A DNA stretch of 64,000 nt from positions 7,450,721 through 7,514,720 of the forward strand of contig MU058423.1 of assembly GCA_013265495.1 (NCBI GenBank). The letters run 5' to 3'. The translations under genes were made by a program, and so were the position numbers. Under the pieces are notes generated by a model, which worked only from the letters and a program-made list of their open reading frames with translations, was not told the origin of the DNA and made no database searches. The DNA comes from Vicugna vicugna. Lineage: Eukaryota. Positions 50,291 to 64,000 of this stretch are shown here, piece after piece (the stretch's first letter is position 1; every line of letters begins with the position of its first letter).

Positions 50291-53099
50291 AGTATACTCC
50301 AGGAGATACAATTTTTGATAAACAGGTTCAATGTATTTCAGGGAAAATTTTGAGTAGAAAAAAAAAATGATACTTGTGTCATCAGCATACAGGTGGTAAT
50401 TCAAACCACAGATCATCCAAGAGGATTTTAGCGTGAAAAGTAAAAAGGGCCGAAGATGGTTAACCTGGAAAGAAGTTCGAGAAAAGCCCAATAAGAAAGT
50501 GTCAGAAAGACCAAAAGAAGAGTAAGTCAAGAAGTTGAGTACATTAATGCCAGAGCTGAGTAAGACAAGGTAGTTCCCAGTAATGGAAAGAAATGAATGG
50601 CTTTTGCAATGACAGTTTCAACAAAGAGGTGAAGAAAAAACAACAACAAAATGTATAATGGCTTAGGCTGCAAATGGAGAAGGAGGATTTGGAGAAAATT
50701 GAAGTTCTTTTTTGAAGTGTGGTGGGATTGGAAAGAAGCAAAAATAGAAAAGTTTTTAAAAGAATATGTAAACATTTAGCATGGAACTTAATATGACAGG
50801 CAGGGAGAATGACATTGCAAGAATATTCTGAAAGGAAAGAAAGAGGCATTGAAGATGTAAAAAGAGAAGGAAACAATGATTGATCAAAGCTTCAGAGGAG
50901 ATGAGAACAAATACAAACCAGAAAAATGTAGTGGTATTTATCTTTAATGTTGTAGCAGGAATCAAGTCTCCCACTGAAACTGGAAAGGGTAAGATAAGAA
51001 CAATATGGTCACAGATGAGACTAATGAGAAAAATGGTAGATGAGGGAGCTAGAAAATGTCAGCAAAGCTCTGATTGGAGCTGTTTTAGGAATGAGAGAAG
51101 AGGCTGACCAGTGACACATACAAAGAACTCCAACTGGGAACAAGATCTTGTTGAGCCTAAAGGCCATATATGTGAAGGAAGCAAACTGCTAATTTGGATG
51201 ATTGCCACCCAATATTGGATGAATAACCCACATGCAGAAACTGAGCATGTAAATTTATTGATTGTTTACCTATAGTGTATTTACTGGATTGATGAAAGAA
51301 AAAGGGGGAAATGGTGATGGTATTAGGTGGTGAATGGAATAAACGACAGATCATAAGAACTAAACTTATGCACAAGAGACTGGATATACTTATAAAACAG
51401 GAGGAAAAAATGGCTGGAAACAGTGAGAATAAATTTGAAAGATAAAGCATGTGGTCAAGATTGGATGATAATGATAATGAGGATGTAGTGATGGAAATTA
51501 GTGGTAATAGAAAACTAGAGATAAAGAGCTACAATATGAAAACAGAAAAAAAATGATTGTATAATCTTTACACATGGGCCATTCATATATATGGTGAAGT
51601 CATGTGAGAGGAGGCTAGAGGAGATTATAATCATCAAGGTTTAAAGGGGATAAACTGGAAGCTTGGTAGATGAAGAAGGTGAAGAGTGATACTGGATAGG
51701 CTGGCCAGATACCAGGAGCCTTTAAAGATGGAAGACATTTGCATAGGATAAGAGCAGTAGCAGAAAGCTATGGGAAAGTCAATCCCCACTGATTATTCCA
51801 GAGTTAAGGAGAGTATGGTACAGTGAACACTTCAGAAGAATGCAGGAACAGACTAATGTTAGGGGAAATTTAGATCCTAGTTAAAGACAAGAGATTGCTG
51901 GAGAATGTTACTGAGGATGTGTGGGGGTTGTTGCCCATGGAATGGAGATTCTGCAGAGAATTTGGGAAGGGATACGAGGAGGAGTTTGGATGAGCCCAGG
52001 AAGAGAAAGGGAACGCTGAAACACATGGACGTTAGACCAAGCCAGAGGTCAGTTACCCCAGATTTGACTTCTACTTTGGACAGCTGCCATCAAACTAACT
52101 AAATGCAGACATCCGATACATGGTGGGATTTATTAGCCTAAATTGCTCAGTGGATACTAATAATTTTTTTGAAATGCCAGCGGACCTGGAGTTTTCAGAT
52201 AACCAGCACAACACACACACTCTGAAAACTTCACTGAGGACAGCAAAAGAAATGTTAAGTAACAGTTACAATCCTTCCAAAGAAGATCCTGGCCCTTTGG
52301 GCAAGGTTAGCTATTTGTTTAGTACTTCATCTGAATGAGAACAGCTGCTTCAGGGCTGCAGTGGAATATCAGGTTCTCTGTAGGGAGTTAGCTAGAGCTA
52401 GGTTTGATTCCACTGTAAATGGGGTCTAATCATTCCATTATGAAGACTCTAATAGAGACATCAGTCCTGCAGTCTTTCCTTACATGGCCTTAAGTTTCTG
52501 GAAAAGCTACTGAGAGTCAGACAAATCACTTTTTACACAAAAGCAATGGGATGGGATTTGGTTAAGGGAAAATTTGTTCAAAACTCTGACTTAGGAATGG
52601 ATGCCCAACTTTTTCTACAAATACCTAAAAGTATCATATTTAATTAGGCAACTATAAACAACATACCTATGGGATGTAAAACAGAAAATAGTCTATGGTT
52701 TACTATATTGGAAATAATAAAGGCTTTGGAGTAAAGCAAACCTGGACTAATAAATCTGGAGTAATGAAATTATTCTGAGAAAGGTGCCTATCAGTTTGCT
52801 TGAAATACAAAGGACTCAGTGCATTTTAAATACCCTCTAACATTAGATTGCAAAATAACCAATAATATATAGCTTGATCTAACATGTTATGCTATATTAC
52901 AATGCACCTACAAAATTTATATGACTTTTTTTTATAGTTTCTGATTTTTTGTGTGTGTGATAAACTTAAATTTTGAAGAATCACTTTCATTCTTAGCTTG
53001 TTCTTTAGAAGGACTTTTTCAGGAAGAGTTTGACAAAGTTTTTTGATGACATTTTTTGAGCAACTGATGAATTAGAGAATCTTATATTTTTCACTCTCT

Positions 53100-54290
53100 T
53101 AAAAAATAATTTGTAAATAATTATATATTCACAGGAGGATGTAAAAGGAGGTTCTGTATAACTTTCATCCATGTTCCTCCAATGTTTACATCTTACATAA
53201 TTATAGTACAGTATCAAAATCAAGAAACTGACATAGGTATGAAGGGTATATATAGTTCTATGCCATTTTATCATATGTGTACATTCATGTAACCACCACA
53301 GCAATCAAGATACACAACCACTGCATCAGCACAAGGATCACCTTGTGTTACCTCTTTACTTGTCAAATCTCCACCCTTACTATTCTCAATTCCTGGGAAC
53401 CACTGATATGATTTTCATCTCTATATTGTTATCATTTTGAGAATATCATATCAATGGAATTAGACAGTTTGTGACTTTCTGAGATTGGCTTTTTTGCTCA
53501 GCATAATCCCCTTGAGATCCATCCAAGTTACTGCATATACCAATAATTCATGAATTTTTATTGCTGAATAGTATTCCATGGTATAAATGTACCACTATTT
53601 GTTAAACCATTCATCTACTGAGGGACACTTCGGTTGTTTCCAGTTTCTGGCCATTACAAATAAAGCTGCTACAAACAATTGTCTACAAATTTTTGTGTGG
53701 GCGCAAGTTTCCATTTTCTGGATAAAAACCCAAGAGTGCAATCAGTGGGTTGTAAGGCAAGTACATGTTTCATACATATTTAGACACTTTTAAGAAACTG
53801 GCAAACTATTTTCTAGAGTGGTTGTATCATTTTACATCCTGACAAGCAATGTATAAGAAATCCAGTTTTCCTGCATTCTTGCTAGCATTTGATTTTATAG
53901 CTATTTTATTTTTATTTTTAGCCATTCTGATGGATGTATAGTAATATTGCTTCACAGTTTTAACTTGCATTTCCCTGACGGCTAATGCTGTTTAACATCT
54001 TTCATCTGCTTATTTCCCATCTGCACCACTTTGGTGAAATGTTTCTTCATGCCCTTTGACCACTTTGCAATTGTATTGTTTGTTTCTACTTTCTCTTCTT
54101 GAGTTTTGAATGCTCTTTATATATTCTAGATATGAGTCTTTCATCAGATATGGAGTTGACAAATATTTCTCTGAGTCTCTAGCCTGTTTTGATTTTTTAT
54201 CCTTTCAATAACCTCTTTTGCAGAGGAAAATACTTTAATTCTGACGAGGTCATATATACCAATATTCTTTTTTAAAAAATATAATTGTGG
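53100..54290 (-). mobile_element. L1MB-type 3' end
   Basis: gtaaccaccacagcaatcaagataca; ttgctcagcataatccccttgagatccatccaagtt; ttacaaataaagctgctacaaacaatt; tatattctagatatgagtc. Confidence 0.85.
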
Positions 54291-54410
54291 ATTTAGTGCA
54301 ATTCACTTTCTGTTTTTCATTATACATTTTTATTTAATGAATTGATAACAAGGTCTTCATTGTTTAATACAGGTCAATTTCCATAAAACTTGTTAAGCAA
54401 TGTAAAAGTA

Positions 54411-54615
54411 CAGTTGTCCCGCAGTATCGGGGGGTTGGTTTTAGGACCTACCACGGATATTCAAATCTGAGGATGCTCAAGTCCCATAGCTGACCATCTC
54501 TGTCTTTGGAGTCCCCATCCACAAATTCAACCAACTATGGATCATAAGCATGGTACAAGATCTGTGGTTGGCTGAATCTGAGGATGTGGAATCACAGATA
54601 ATGGAGCACTGACTG
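54411..54615. mobile_element. Tigger-derived MITE (MER2/MER8-like)
   Basis: TA|cagttgtccc...gagcactgactg|TA: terminal inverted repeats with TA TSD; internal caaatctgaggatgctcaagtccc. Confidence 0.85.
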
Positions 54616-56482
54616 TATACTAATTCTTTCAAGTTCAAATTGCCATACTACTGCTAATAATAACAATAAACATAATAGCTCATATTTTTGATCATCAACC
54701 ATTTGGTAGCCAGTGATTTAGAATAACCCATGTGGTATTACATTTGATATTTGCAGGAATTCTACAGATTATGTACTATTATTTACTCCCAATATCAGTA
54801 AACAATATAGACAGTTTAAGTAAATTAAATAAATATTTTACTCACAATGCTAAGTGTCAGATCTAGCTTTGACCTGACTTGTGTATACATAGCCTATGAC
54901 AAAGCATAGCTCTACTTACTGCCCTGTTGCTTTTGTATTTTATTTGTATTCCTAAACACCCTGAAATATTCTTCTGTTTTATAACAACACAGAATCTCAG
55001 AAATTTTTGTCCTACAAATTTATCTGATCCCACTGGTGTAGTTATTCAAAACAAATAAATTTTAAGAAGAAATAATTCAATACTGAGAAAGTTATGACTA
55101 GATTGGAATTCATTTTTCTTTGAATAAATAAATAAATTGAGATGGCACATAGCTGAATAGAAAGATGATAAAAAGAATCACATGAACTAAAAACATTTAG
55201 TTCCCTTCCTATTATGTTAAGGCTAGACTTTTGTTTAACATTGTTTTAGAAATGCTTTCTAAACTATTTTTTTTAAATGAGTGGAATAATCTATCAATAA
55301 GAGTAATCATAATAACTAGTAGCATAATTAATTTGTGATTTTTTTCTTCAATAAACTTTCAACAGAGTTCATTCTATTTGATTTGTTGTGAGTTTTCACA
55401 CTAAAAGGAAAATTTTAAAAATACTATATATAATTCTTATCTGTTTATTTTTCTAGCTGACTTGTTCAACAAAACAGAAAACAACAAAATCCTAATAACA
55501 GTAGAATAAAAAGAAGTAAAGGATCTGAAACAAATTATCCTCCTCATGACATAATTTTCTTAAAACTGGATGCAAATAATAAAATGACTGAGTATTTCTC
55601 TTTTTTAATGCCTACATAAGTCTACTACAGATTTTATTGCACATTAATTAACCAATTATATGTTAATTGCACATTAGAATTTTTTTTACAGCTTTTCTTC
55701 TACTCCCTGGACTTCCTACCATCCAGTCATCTAGAACCAAATTCAGGTTCCTGAGTGAGTTCTGCAACACTGAGGAGGCTCAGCTGAATGCCAAGTTGAA
55801 TGCCTTTGGCATGGATCCATGTCTGATTTGTGACTACACTTGACAAGGTAAAAGGAAACCTTTATGTATACTTTATTACTTTCCCTTAAAGCCCTGACAA
55901 TAACTGAAGCTTAGATCTAAGTAGCCATTAAACTTTCCTTGGATCTCCTCCTGGGAAATGTTCAACTGGTAAAGATCAATGCCAAAGATACACTTTTCAT
56001 TTTCTCAAATTTTACCTTGGTATGCTTTTCGATGTGATTTTTCACTACCACCTCTTCCTAAGCTGCCCTGTAATGATTGGTCATTTCTCATGTCATCTGT
56101 AGTTGCCCATCTTTATTAAAAAATTTACCACGATACATTTTTATTCATTTGGGATACTCTAAAATTTTCTCTTTGCACTTTTACATTTATTGAAAACCTA
56201 CTACACTAAGTAATTTACTTCAAAAACAAACACACTTATATGGAACTCCTAAGGCATGGGATTTAATCTCCACAATGACAAAGAAAGGTGACTACAGTTC
56301 TTGTCATTTTATAGACTGGGAAGCTACAGCTCTAAGAGACAAGTACCTTCCCGTAAGGAAGCAAGGGCAGCATGGAATTTCAGCTTGGATCTGTCTGACT
56401 CAAAGCCCAATATCTTTTCACTCCACCGTGGTGCTTGGATTACATGAGTCACTTTTGATTAGATGAATCACAGAATAATACT

Positions 56483-56968
56483 TGTGGTATTGTGGCCTCC
56501 CAATGACTTCCCCCTTCTTAAGTGGGCTGGACTTTATGATTCTTAAAAAAAAAACAAAACAGAATAGGGAAGAAGTGGCAGGCTGCAGCTTCTAATGCTA
56601 GGTCATAAAAGGGACTGTGGCTTTTGTTTTGGATGTTTGCTCTCACTTTCTTTTGAGTTACATGCTTCTGGAAGAAACCAGCTGCATATCATGAGGCAGC
56701 TCAAAGAAGATACAAAAGTAAACTTGGAAGGGGGCTATTTTGAGAATTGCCAACAGACAAGTGAGCTCAGAAGAAATGCTCCTAGTCAAGCCTCAAATTG
56801 ACTGTGGTGATAGCTGGTATCTTGACTGAGGCCTCTTGAGAGACCCCGAGTCAGCATCATCCAGCTAAACTGCTCCCAGATTCCTCATTTAAATTGTGAG
56901 ACAATAAATGTGCTATTTTCAGTTTCTAAGTTTGAGATAATTTATTATGTGGTAATAAATATTATACT
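56483..56968 (+). mobile_element. MaLR LTR (MLT1-type)
   Basis: tgtggtattgtggcctcccaatgac...ggtcataaaagggactgtggctt...ccagctaaactgctcccagattcc...aataaatgtgctattttcag. Confidence 0.7.
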
Positions 56969-56997
56969 TGACTCAAAAATACATGTTGAAAAAAATA

Positions 56998-57024
56998 AAT
57001 GAATGAATGAATGAATGAATGAAT
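56998..57024. repeat. (GAAT)n tract, probably an L2 tail
   Basis: aatgaatgaatgaatgaatgaatgaat. Confidence 0.9.
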
Positions 57025-57931
57025 ACTGGGGCTTTGAGTACTGTATCTATATCTAATTCTGACATCTATTACAACAAGAAAAAGAAGTAATTCATCAGAG
57101 AGAGTTGCAAATAATCAGGAAATAGTATTATCTAATCTTTATGATTTCATTGTCTACAAATATAACAAAAGTAATTGCCCAGAGAATAGGATTAGGTTTA
57201 AAAACAAGGAAAGGTTTTAAACAGAAATGATTTTAAATAGGTTTCTCAGGGAAGGGTTGCAAACTCAGACAGCCTCTCATTTTACCAGGGTGGTTTAAGC
57301 CTGATGCCTGAGGGCTGAATTAGATGAGGTGCCTCTCATCCTTTGATATTATGATAATTAGCACTTACTGAACCCCCATGGGGCGTATGTTTCATCCTAG
57401 GTGCTACTTGAAAGCTAGTTTAGACGTGATCCTTTTGATTTGATACAGAAAAGGCTCCATACATATTAATTTAAAAAAAATCTTTCCAACTCATTTAATT
57501 TGTGACCTCTTCGCTTTTCTGAAATTATAGCAAAGATTGTCTGCACAACTCATTTGGCAATCGCTCATATACTGGCTTGTGACATTTCTTGAATTGTTGT
57601 TTTATTGATATTTAATTCTTCATATAAGGAAACCTTCCTGACTCGTTATTTCTTAATATGCATCTCTGCATTTTTAACCATGCCAAGCCATGCAGTCAGA
57701 TTTGCAGGCAGTGAATTCTAAATATTTGACATGACATACAAATTACTACCTTGCTATCACACTGTGGCCATGGTGGGTGTGCAATATACTTTTGAAGCCC
57801 AGAGTCCCTTTTGTACTCCCAACTATTCTTTCTGTTGAACCTACCTACAGATTCCTAGGTCATTCCTCATTCCTGAAAGATCGTGAATCATGGTTCATTG
57901 TCATGAATCTCGATGCGTTTAATATCCATCA

Positions 57932-58592
57932 TGTTGGGGAAATATAATTAAAATTAAAATCTTTTCCCAATATAGGAAACCTCTTTACAAAAGTAGTAGA
58001 AAGAGAAAACAGTTTTACTGTTGAGTAAATATTAAGCAAGAATGCGACGTGCATCGCAGGCAGTCTGCTAAAGAGATTGCAAGGACAGAAAGACATCTCA
58101 CTCTTTAAATAGACAAACATGTACAACATGTTTAAAAAACGAACAATAACTAGTTCTCAAGTAAGAGGACTAGACAGCACTATTTTTCACACATAGTTCA
58201 TCTCAAATTCACCCTGCAATTTGAGTGACTGTCTGTGCTAGTGAATTGACTTTATCCACAGGAAAAATAAACTTCGATCTTTATGACAGGAGATGTGTTT
58301 ATAACATGGAGCAAGACATCCATTAAAGCTAGGCTGCTACCCTCCCACAGATGTTTACATTTCAAAGAAGTGGCTCCTGGGTCTCTGAGAAAGGCATTCT
58401 GGAGTATAAAACTGGCAAGACGCTCGTGCAGTTTCTAAAAAGATTTATATATAATTCAAAGAGACAGAGAAAGAACTTACAATTGTAAGTTGTATAAAGT
58501 AAACGCTCTAAGACAAAGGAGAAGGGAGAAGTTTCTCTCTTTATTTTCAACAGGGAGACTTAAGTCTCTTGTTTTTCATTTTTATTTGCACG
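57932..58592. mobile_element. ERV1-class solo LTR
   Basis: Starts tgttgggggaaatataattaaaatt; internal aagtggctcctgggtctctgagaaaggcattctggagtataaaactggcaag; ends tttatttgcacg. Confidence 0.55.
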
Positions 58593-58679
58593 TGTGGTGC
58601 AGATACTCTTTCCAATACCTAGGATTCTCTCAGTATGTCCAACTACCTCAGCTATCTTCTCCTGGAGTTACAGCTTAGA

Positions 58680-60435
58680 TCTCATACCTATCTAACTGTA
58701 AACCCTACGTAACCTCAATATCAAGCATTCCTTTCACCAACAACCACATTCCATTTTCCAACCCACTCCCTCAGAATACTCCAATTGCAAAGCTTCTTTG
58801 TGTCCACCTGGACCTACAATCCATTGATTTTATACACATTTCACCATCCTCCATCCCCATTATGCCTCCCACTTTCCTGATTATCAAGCTTTGATTCCAT
58901 GGCTTTTCATTAAAACTATTCCAATGCACATATCCTCACCTCTTTGATTCTCCCTCCTCCGTAAAGACAGAGGGCAGCACTGCAGAAGTCCAAGTTTCTG
59001 TTCTCCTCCTCACATGTATCCAAGGCAGTTGAATGTGGCAGGAGAGAAACATATAACCATGCTGGCTGGTCTCACTTTAACTTTATGACCATCAACCTCA
59101 AAGGAACTTTGATTCTGCTTAGCAATTCTACCACGTGTGTCTAATCCAGTCAATCTTCTTTCCTAGGCAAGCATTTCATCTTTTCTTTTCTCCCTTTCAA
59201 CCATTTCCTCACTTTCAGTTTTTTCCCTGTTTCACTAAGGAAATGGAAATGATCATCAGAAAACTGCCATATGTTCAAAAATTGATTAAGCAACCTGTAT
59301 CTGTACAAATGTATCAAGGTTCTTTTGAGGTTGATGGCCATGAAGTTAAAGTGAGATCAGCCAACCTGGTTGTGTAGTCTTCTCCTGCCACATCCAATAT
59401 GTATTCCTCTGGTTGTGTTAAAGAGCTCTCAATGTTCCTTATCTGTCCAATAAGTCCATCTCCTCTTGCCTATTCAATAACATCAGCTCAGTAACTTCTT
59501 CCTCTCTTTTTTATATTTCTGTTAGCATTTAAACTTGTTATAATAAATCCCTATCTTAAAAATTAAAGCAATATACCAAAAAAAAAAAACCCAAAAAACA
59601 CTACACAACTCTCTCTAAGCCACATTCTCTTGAGGTACTCTCCTAGTTTTTGATCTCCAGCAAGTTAAATATTTTTGAGTTATATAGTTTTATTTTCTCC
59701 TGTTCCTCTTGTCTTTTTCTTCCCCAAATAAGTCCCCAATGTTTTTTCTTCCCCCTATTCTAAAAAGTAGTTGTCAGGGTTATTAATAACCTCACTTGGC
59801 AAAATCTCCCTGTTAGGAATACAGTCTCCAGAATGATCTCCTGTGTTGATTAAAATCTATCAATGTCTTGCCATCCCAAACAAAATAGAAGCAAAAGACT
59901 TCACAATGACCTGCAAGGTCCTGCATAATAGAATTTGTCTCTGATTCCTCACTCACATATACATGGACCAGAATCCTGCCATTTATTTCCTCTGCCTTCA
60001 CCCTCTCACTCCCCCCACTCCAGCCATGATGACTTTTTAAAAAATTTTTTAAATTTTCTCACACATTGATTAAGTTCCTGTACCAGGACTTCTACATTTG
60101 CTATCTTTTCTGCCTAGAATATTCTGCTACATATTTATATTATTCATTACCATATTTCCTTAAGACCTCTGCTTAAATTTGATCTTAACATCTTCCTGAA
60201 TATTCTAAACAAAAATGATGATCTCCCAATCCCCCTCGCTGGTACTCCTACTCCCCTTTATTCTGAGCTATTACCACCCTATATACTTCCTTATGTGTCT
60301 CCTGCTGCCAGCCACCCACATTAGAACCAAACTACTACAGTGCAGAGATGTTGCTTTTTAAATTTCCTGTTCTGTCATCCTAAAAACACTTTCTGGCACA
60401 GAGTGTGTATTCAACAATTGTTTGATGAATTAGTT
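58680..60435 (+). mobile_element. L2 LINE (ORF2 fragments to 3' end)
   Basis: gacctacaatccattgat; cttcacaatgacctgcaaggtcctgcat; ttctggcacagagtgtgtattcaacaattgtttgatgaat. Confidence 0.7.
59029..59397. repeat. 85-bp inverted repeat (59029-59113 / 59313-59397), 71/85 identical, 199-nt spacer
   Basis: Ungapped manual alignment of arm 1 with the reverse complement of arm 2. Confidence 0.92.
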
Positions 60436-62958
60436 GATGCTAAACCATTCATGATAATGCATTGTACTCTACATTATATGTAATTATTTTTCTTCTCCAA
60501 CAAATAGTACACAACTGTTATTTTTAGGAAACTCTAGACTTCTTCACATTAACAGAGAAGTATTTGTTTATCAACTATACACTTAGAATATAGAAATTTA
60601 TTGAAGGCAGCCATTACCGTATATTTTTCATTGTGTCTCAGATTACCTGTCTCTAGATTTTTACTTAAAACATGCTCAACAGAATATAGTAACTGTGGTT
60701 TTAATTGCCTAGTTAGTTTCTTTCCTTAATTTAGTGAGAGTATACCTATTAAAATTAGCAGATCATTCCTTAAATCATTTTTCTATATTTCTCACAAGTC
60801 AAGTACTATAATGGCTCTATTAAGATATTTTTGTGCTGATTAATATCTTCCCTAAGAGATATAACTCTTTCCTCTTCAAAATTATACCTCCCATTATTTT
60901 TCAACATACTTACTGGAATCTAGTCAAGCTACTTTCCTCTATGTTCATGTGCTATGCTTGCCAACTCCACTGCTCTGCGTATTCCCATAGCTCCAGAATT
61001 CATCTTTCCTTACACTAGCTCATGTTTCTCAGCATCTTTCAAGGGGTAGGCTATCTTCAAATGTTTCTGTGGTTACACCAGTCTACAGCCATCCTACTCT
61101 TCTTTACACACTAATTACTCTTAGAATGCCTGCAGCAATAAGTCTTCTCTTTGCTTTATTCTCTAATTATCAAATTATACGTATAAATATTGACTCTTCA
61201 AATGAAGCATCATCACGATGTACTTTTCCACTGGACTTAGTATCATGCTAAAACATTGTTAAGAGCTTAATAATTTGACTAAGTTATCATGAAAATGCTC
61301 TAGCTGAATTATAATAATTGGTTAAATGTTAATTCAAAATGAATCTTATTCCATTAGCATATAAAATAATTTTAATTAAGACTTTTCATGATTCAAAATT
61401 TTAGCTAAAGGAACAAACGGGGAAAAAAATGGGAATTAAATTTCCCCTTTTTCCACACTAATCCAGATACTCCCTGTAGGAGAGCTGGCAAAACTGTCAT
61501 CACATTTACTTGATAATTCAACCCTTTATGTACGCAAAAGATTAGATATTTGAAAAAAACAGTTAAGTAAGGATTACTGGATTTTTGGTTTTACAGGGAA
61601 TACTAAAGGATTTCCTCCATGAGGAAAGGAAGAATGGCCCTTCCCAAATCTACTCAGTGAGAGACTGAAGGAACTTATTAAATGGAGAGACAAGTATTTT
61701 TTCCAAAATCTCGTAGGCCCAGTAGGACATGGTAAGATAATTTGCAGGAGCTTAAGATTGAATTCTGGAACTTGGGGATAAACACACAACCGGTGTGTTC
61801 TTGCCTGGAGGATTCTCAACTTGAGACATAATATGGAATTTCTACAGATGGCCAGTCATGGATGAAGGATAATGGATAAAGCAAGCAGCCCTACTTTTTA
61901 GCATGGCAAAGAGAGGTGACTTCCCCACAGCCAGACAGACACAGAAGGCATTATTACCTAGGGTTGGGTCCTAGAGAGAGGAAGGCAGTCAGGGTTACAG
62001 AGAATTACAGAAAGTTAGATAAAAAGCACTGCATACACAAATCGGGGGCTTATGTAGTATGGAAGTCTTCACTGGGACTTATGAAAGACCATTAGCTAAA
62101 CCTCATGAGAAAGACACATTCAGGTGAATACTATAAAAAGAGTATTGGAAGTCAGCTATTGATATCCAAGAGACAGCTTCATAAGTCAAGGAACTAAGAA
62201 AACATTATTTTGAGCAAGTAGTTTTCATTTACTGAACCTGTTTTGATCATTTTAACTTGTCTACAAATTTGACTAGCGCATAGTAGGTTTTATCACAGCA
62301 TGAAAGCAGTTAGAGCAAACGTTTTATTTTCATGTTAGAAAAGGCTGATGCAAGACTAACATGCACAAGAAGTTAAGAGAATATTCTATAAGTATTAGAA
62401 AGTAGAAACATGACTTTTTATAATATATAAAACTCAAATAATACTGATATATTTTTATATATTTGTATTTTTTAACTTCTAAGAGGAGAAGATACATACT
62501 AAGCTCAAAAGGGAGAAAAAACACAAAAAACTGATTGCCAACATAACACTTCAGTAATAATACCATTTTATGGTAAATAAAGTAATCCTAAAGTAATAAC
62601 ATAAAGTGGTTTTATAATAGAATATAACAAAACATAAACAGCTGATGGTATCTAAACTGAATCATAAGTGATCTTTAATTTAATAGTTAGCTTGCTACTC
62701 TCTCAGTATAAATTGCCTATGTGGGTTTGATTAAAGTTCGGTTAATTTCAGAGGGTATTTCTTGGCATTGATCTAAACTGGGGTAGACTCTAACCAAGAT
62801 TTTATCAAGAATGGGGAAAAGCAAGTTCAAGTGAGAACATGCATAGGAGCAATCTATTTTCCTAGTGATTACATACTGACCCACAAGAAAACCACTCTTC
62901 AGGAAGTGACCCTTTCACCTTGACAATGAGCAGTGAATTTCAGCGTTTATATTCTTAC

Positions 62959-63015
62959 CTATTCTTTCTTTTCTTCTTCCTTTCCGTTTTCACTTTGATA
63001 ATTTCACTTTATTTG
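62959..63015 (-). other. Candidate 57-nt purine-rich exon; stops in all three frames, so non-coding or poison-type if real
   Basis: aattttattttcag|CAAATAAAG...GAAAGAATAG|gtaaga. Confidence 0.2.
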
Positions 63016-63545
63016 CTGAAAATAAAATTTGCAGGCTCAGGGAAACCAAAGAATAACACTTTCTGTTGGCTGCCATTGTTTCCAGACTGATTAAATCAGT
63101 AGCTGACTGCTTCAGGATGAGTTTCATTACCACCTTTAAGCAATTGATTGATTTCTCTTCTTTCACAGCACCAAGAAGATTTCCCTTCTTGTCACACCCT
63201 CCCACTAAAGAGGCAATGCACCCCTCAGAGATGTTTTGTTGGCAGGGCGATGCGTTGTCTCCTGACTTTTCCCAGTCACATACCATATATTAGAATGAGG
63301 ATCACACTTGCTCATGAAATACTTCGATCTACAATGATCCTGGCTCCTTTATATGCTAGAAATTCAGCCAGATACTGTGCTAATATTCCTATCATGGTCT
63401 GTCATTGCTTTGTTCAACATTAGATCAAAGGCTGCTGAAGTACCTAAATTAGATTAGCTATTTTGTCTTCTGACATCACCAGTATCACTTGGCTCCAAGC
63501 ACAGTTACTTTGGAGTGTAGTGATTTTTTAAAATTTATAATTTTT

Positions 63546-64000
63546 GTATGTATGTATACATATATATATATACACACATATATACATATATACAAGTATG
63601 TATAATTGAAGTATAGTCAGTTTACAATGTTGTGTCAATTTCTGGTGTACAACACAATGCTTCAGTCATTTATGAACATATATATATTCGTTTTTATGTT
63701 CTTTTTCACCATGAGTTACTACAAGATATTGACTAGTGTTCCCTGTGCTATACAGTATAAAATTGTGTATCTATTTTACATATAGTAGTTAGTATCTGCA
63801 AATCTTGTACTCCCAATTTATCCCTTCCCACCCTCTTTCCCCTACAGTAAACATAAGTTTATTTTTCTATGTCTGTGAGTCTGTTTCTGTTTTGTAAATA
63901 AGTTCATTTGTCTTATTTTTTCAGATTTCATATATAAGTGATATCATATGGTATTTTTCTTTCTCTTTCTGGCTTACTTCACTTAGTATAGTGATTTAAA
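63546..64000 (-). mobile_element. Young camelid-type L1 3' end with (TA/CA)n tail; runs off the window
   Basis: attgaagtatagtcagtttacaatgttgtgtcaatttctggtgtacaacac...ccctgtgctatacagta...ctggcttacttcacttagtat is the reverse complement of the family at 1066 and 12766. Confidence 0.9.

Noticed and set aside
50198..51450. Cluster of 70-110 aa ORFs
   Set aside because: F/L/S-rich low-complexity frames opposite purine-rich decayed L2/MIR sequence.
52120..52338. 72-aa plus-strand ORF with possible splice sites and a 10-bp inverted repeat
   Set aside because: No recognisable homology, mediocre splice sites, and a short stem expected by chance.
62990..63423. Three overlapping ORFs of 75-98 aa
   Set aside because: No recognisable domain or gene structure; lengths are within chance expectation for 64 kb.

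Overview
AT-rich, CpG-poor mammalian DNA, probably from a camelid (camel/alpaca lineage), judged from a Vic-1-type tRNA-derived SINE at 28339-28455 and three young, mutually similar L1 3' ends. Much of the window is interspersed repeat: old and young L1, L2, MIR, MaLR/ERVL/ERV1 LTRs, an ERV gag remnant, and hAT/Tigger DNA transposons. No ORF in the six-frame track is a recognisable host protein, there is no CpG island, and I cannot name a gene. Features visible directly in the sequence: (1) a near-identical head-to-tail 2.5-2.6 kb duplication (18913-21513 / 21515-24054), with a nested 72-nt duplication in copy 1 only; (2) a tailless 5' U6 snRNA retrocopy with target-site duplication; (3) a short L1 insertion with an inverted 5' stub; (4) an 85-bp inverted duplication inside an L2; (5) an L1 that lacks ORF2 (HAL1-like). 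Most speculative: a series of minus-strand AG...GT-flanked candidate microexons (27, 25, 9, 21 and 6 nt) in unique sequence that can be spliced in frame onto a candidate terminal exon. They may be the 3' end of a microexon-rich gene, or chance splice motifs. Repeat family names come from recalled consensus similarity, not from a search, and most repeat boundaries are approximate.
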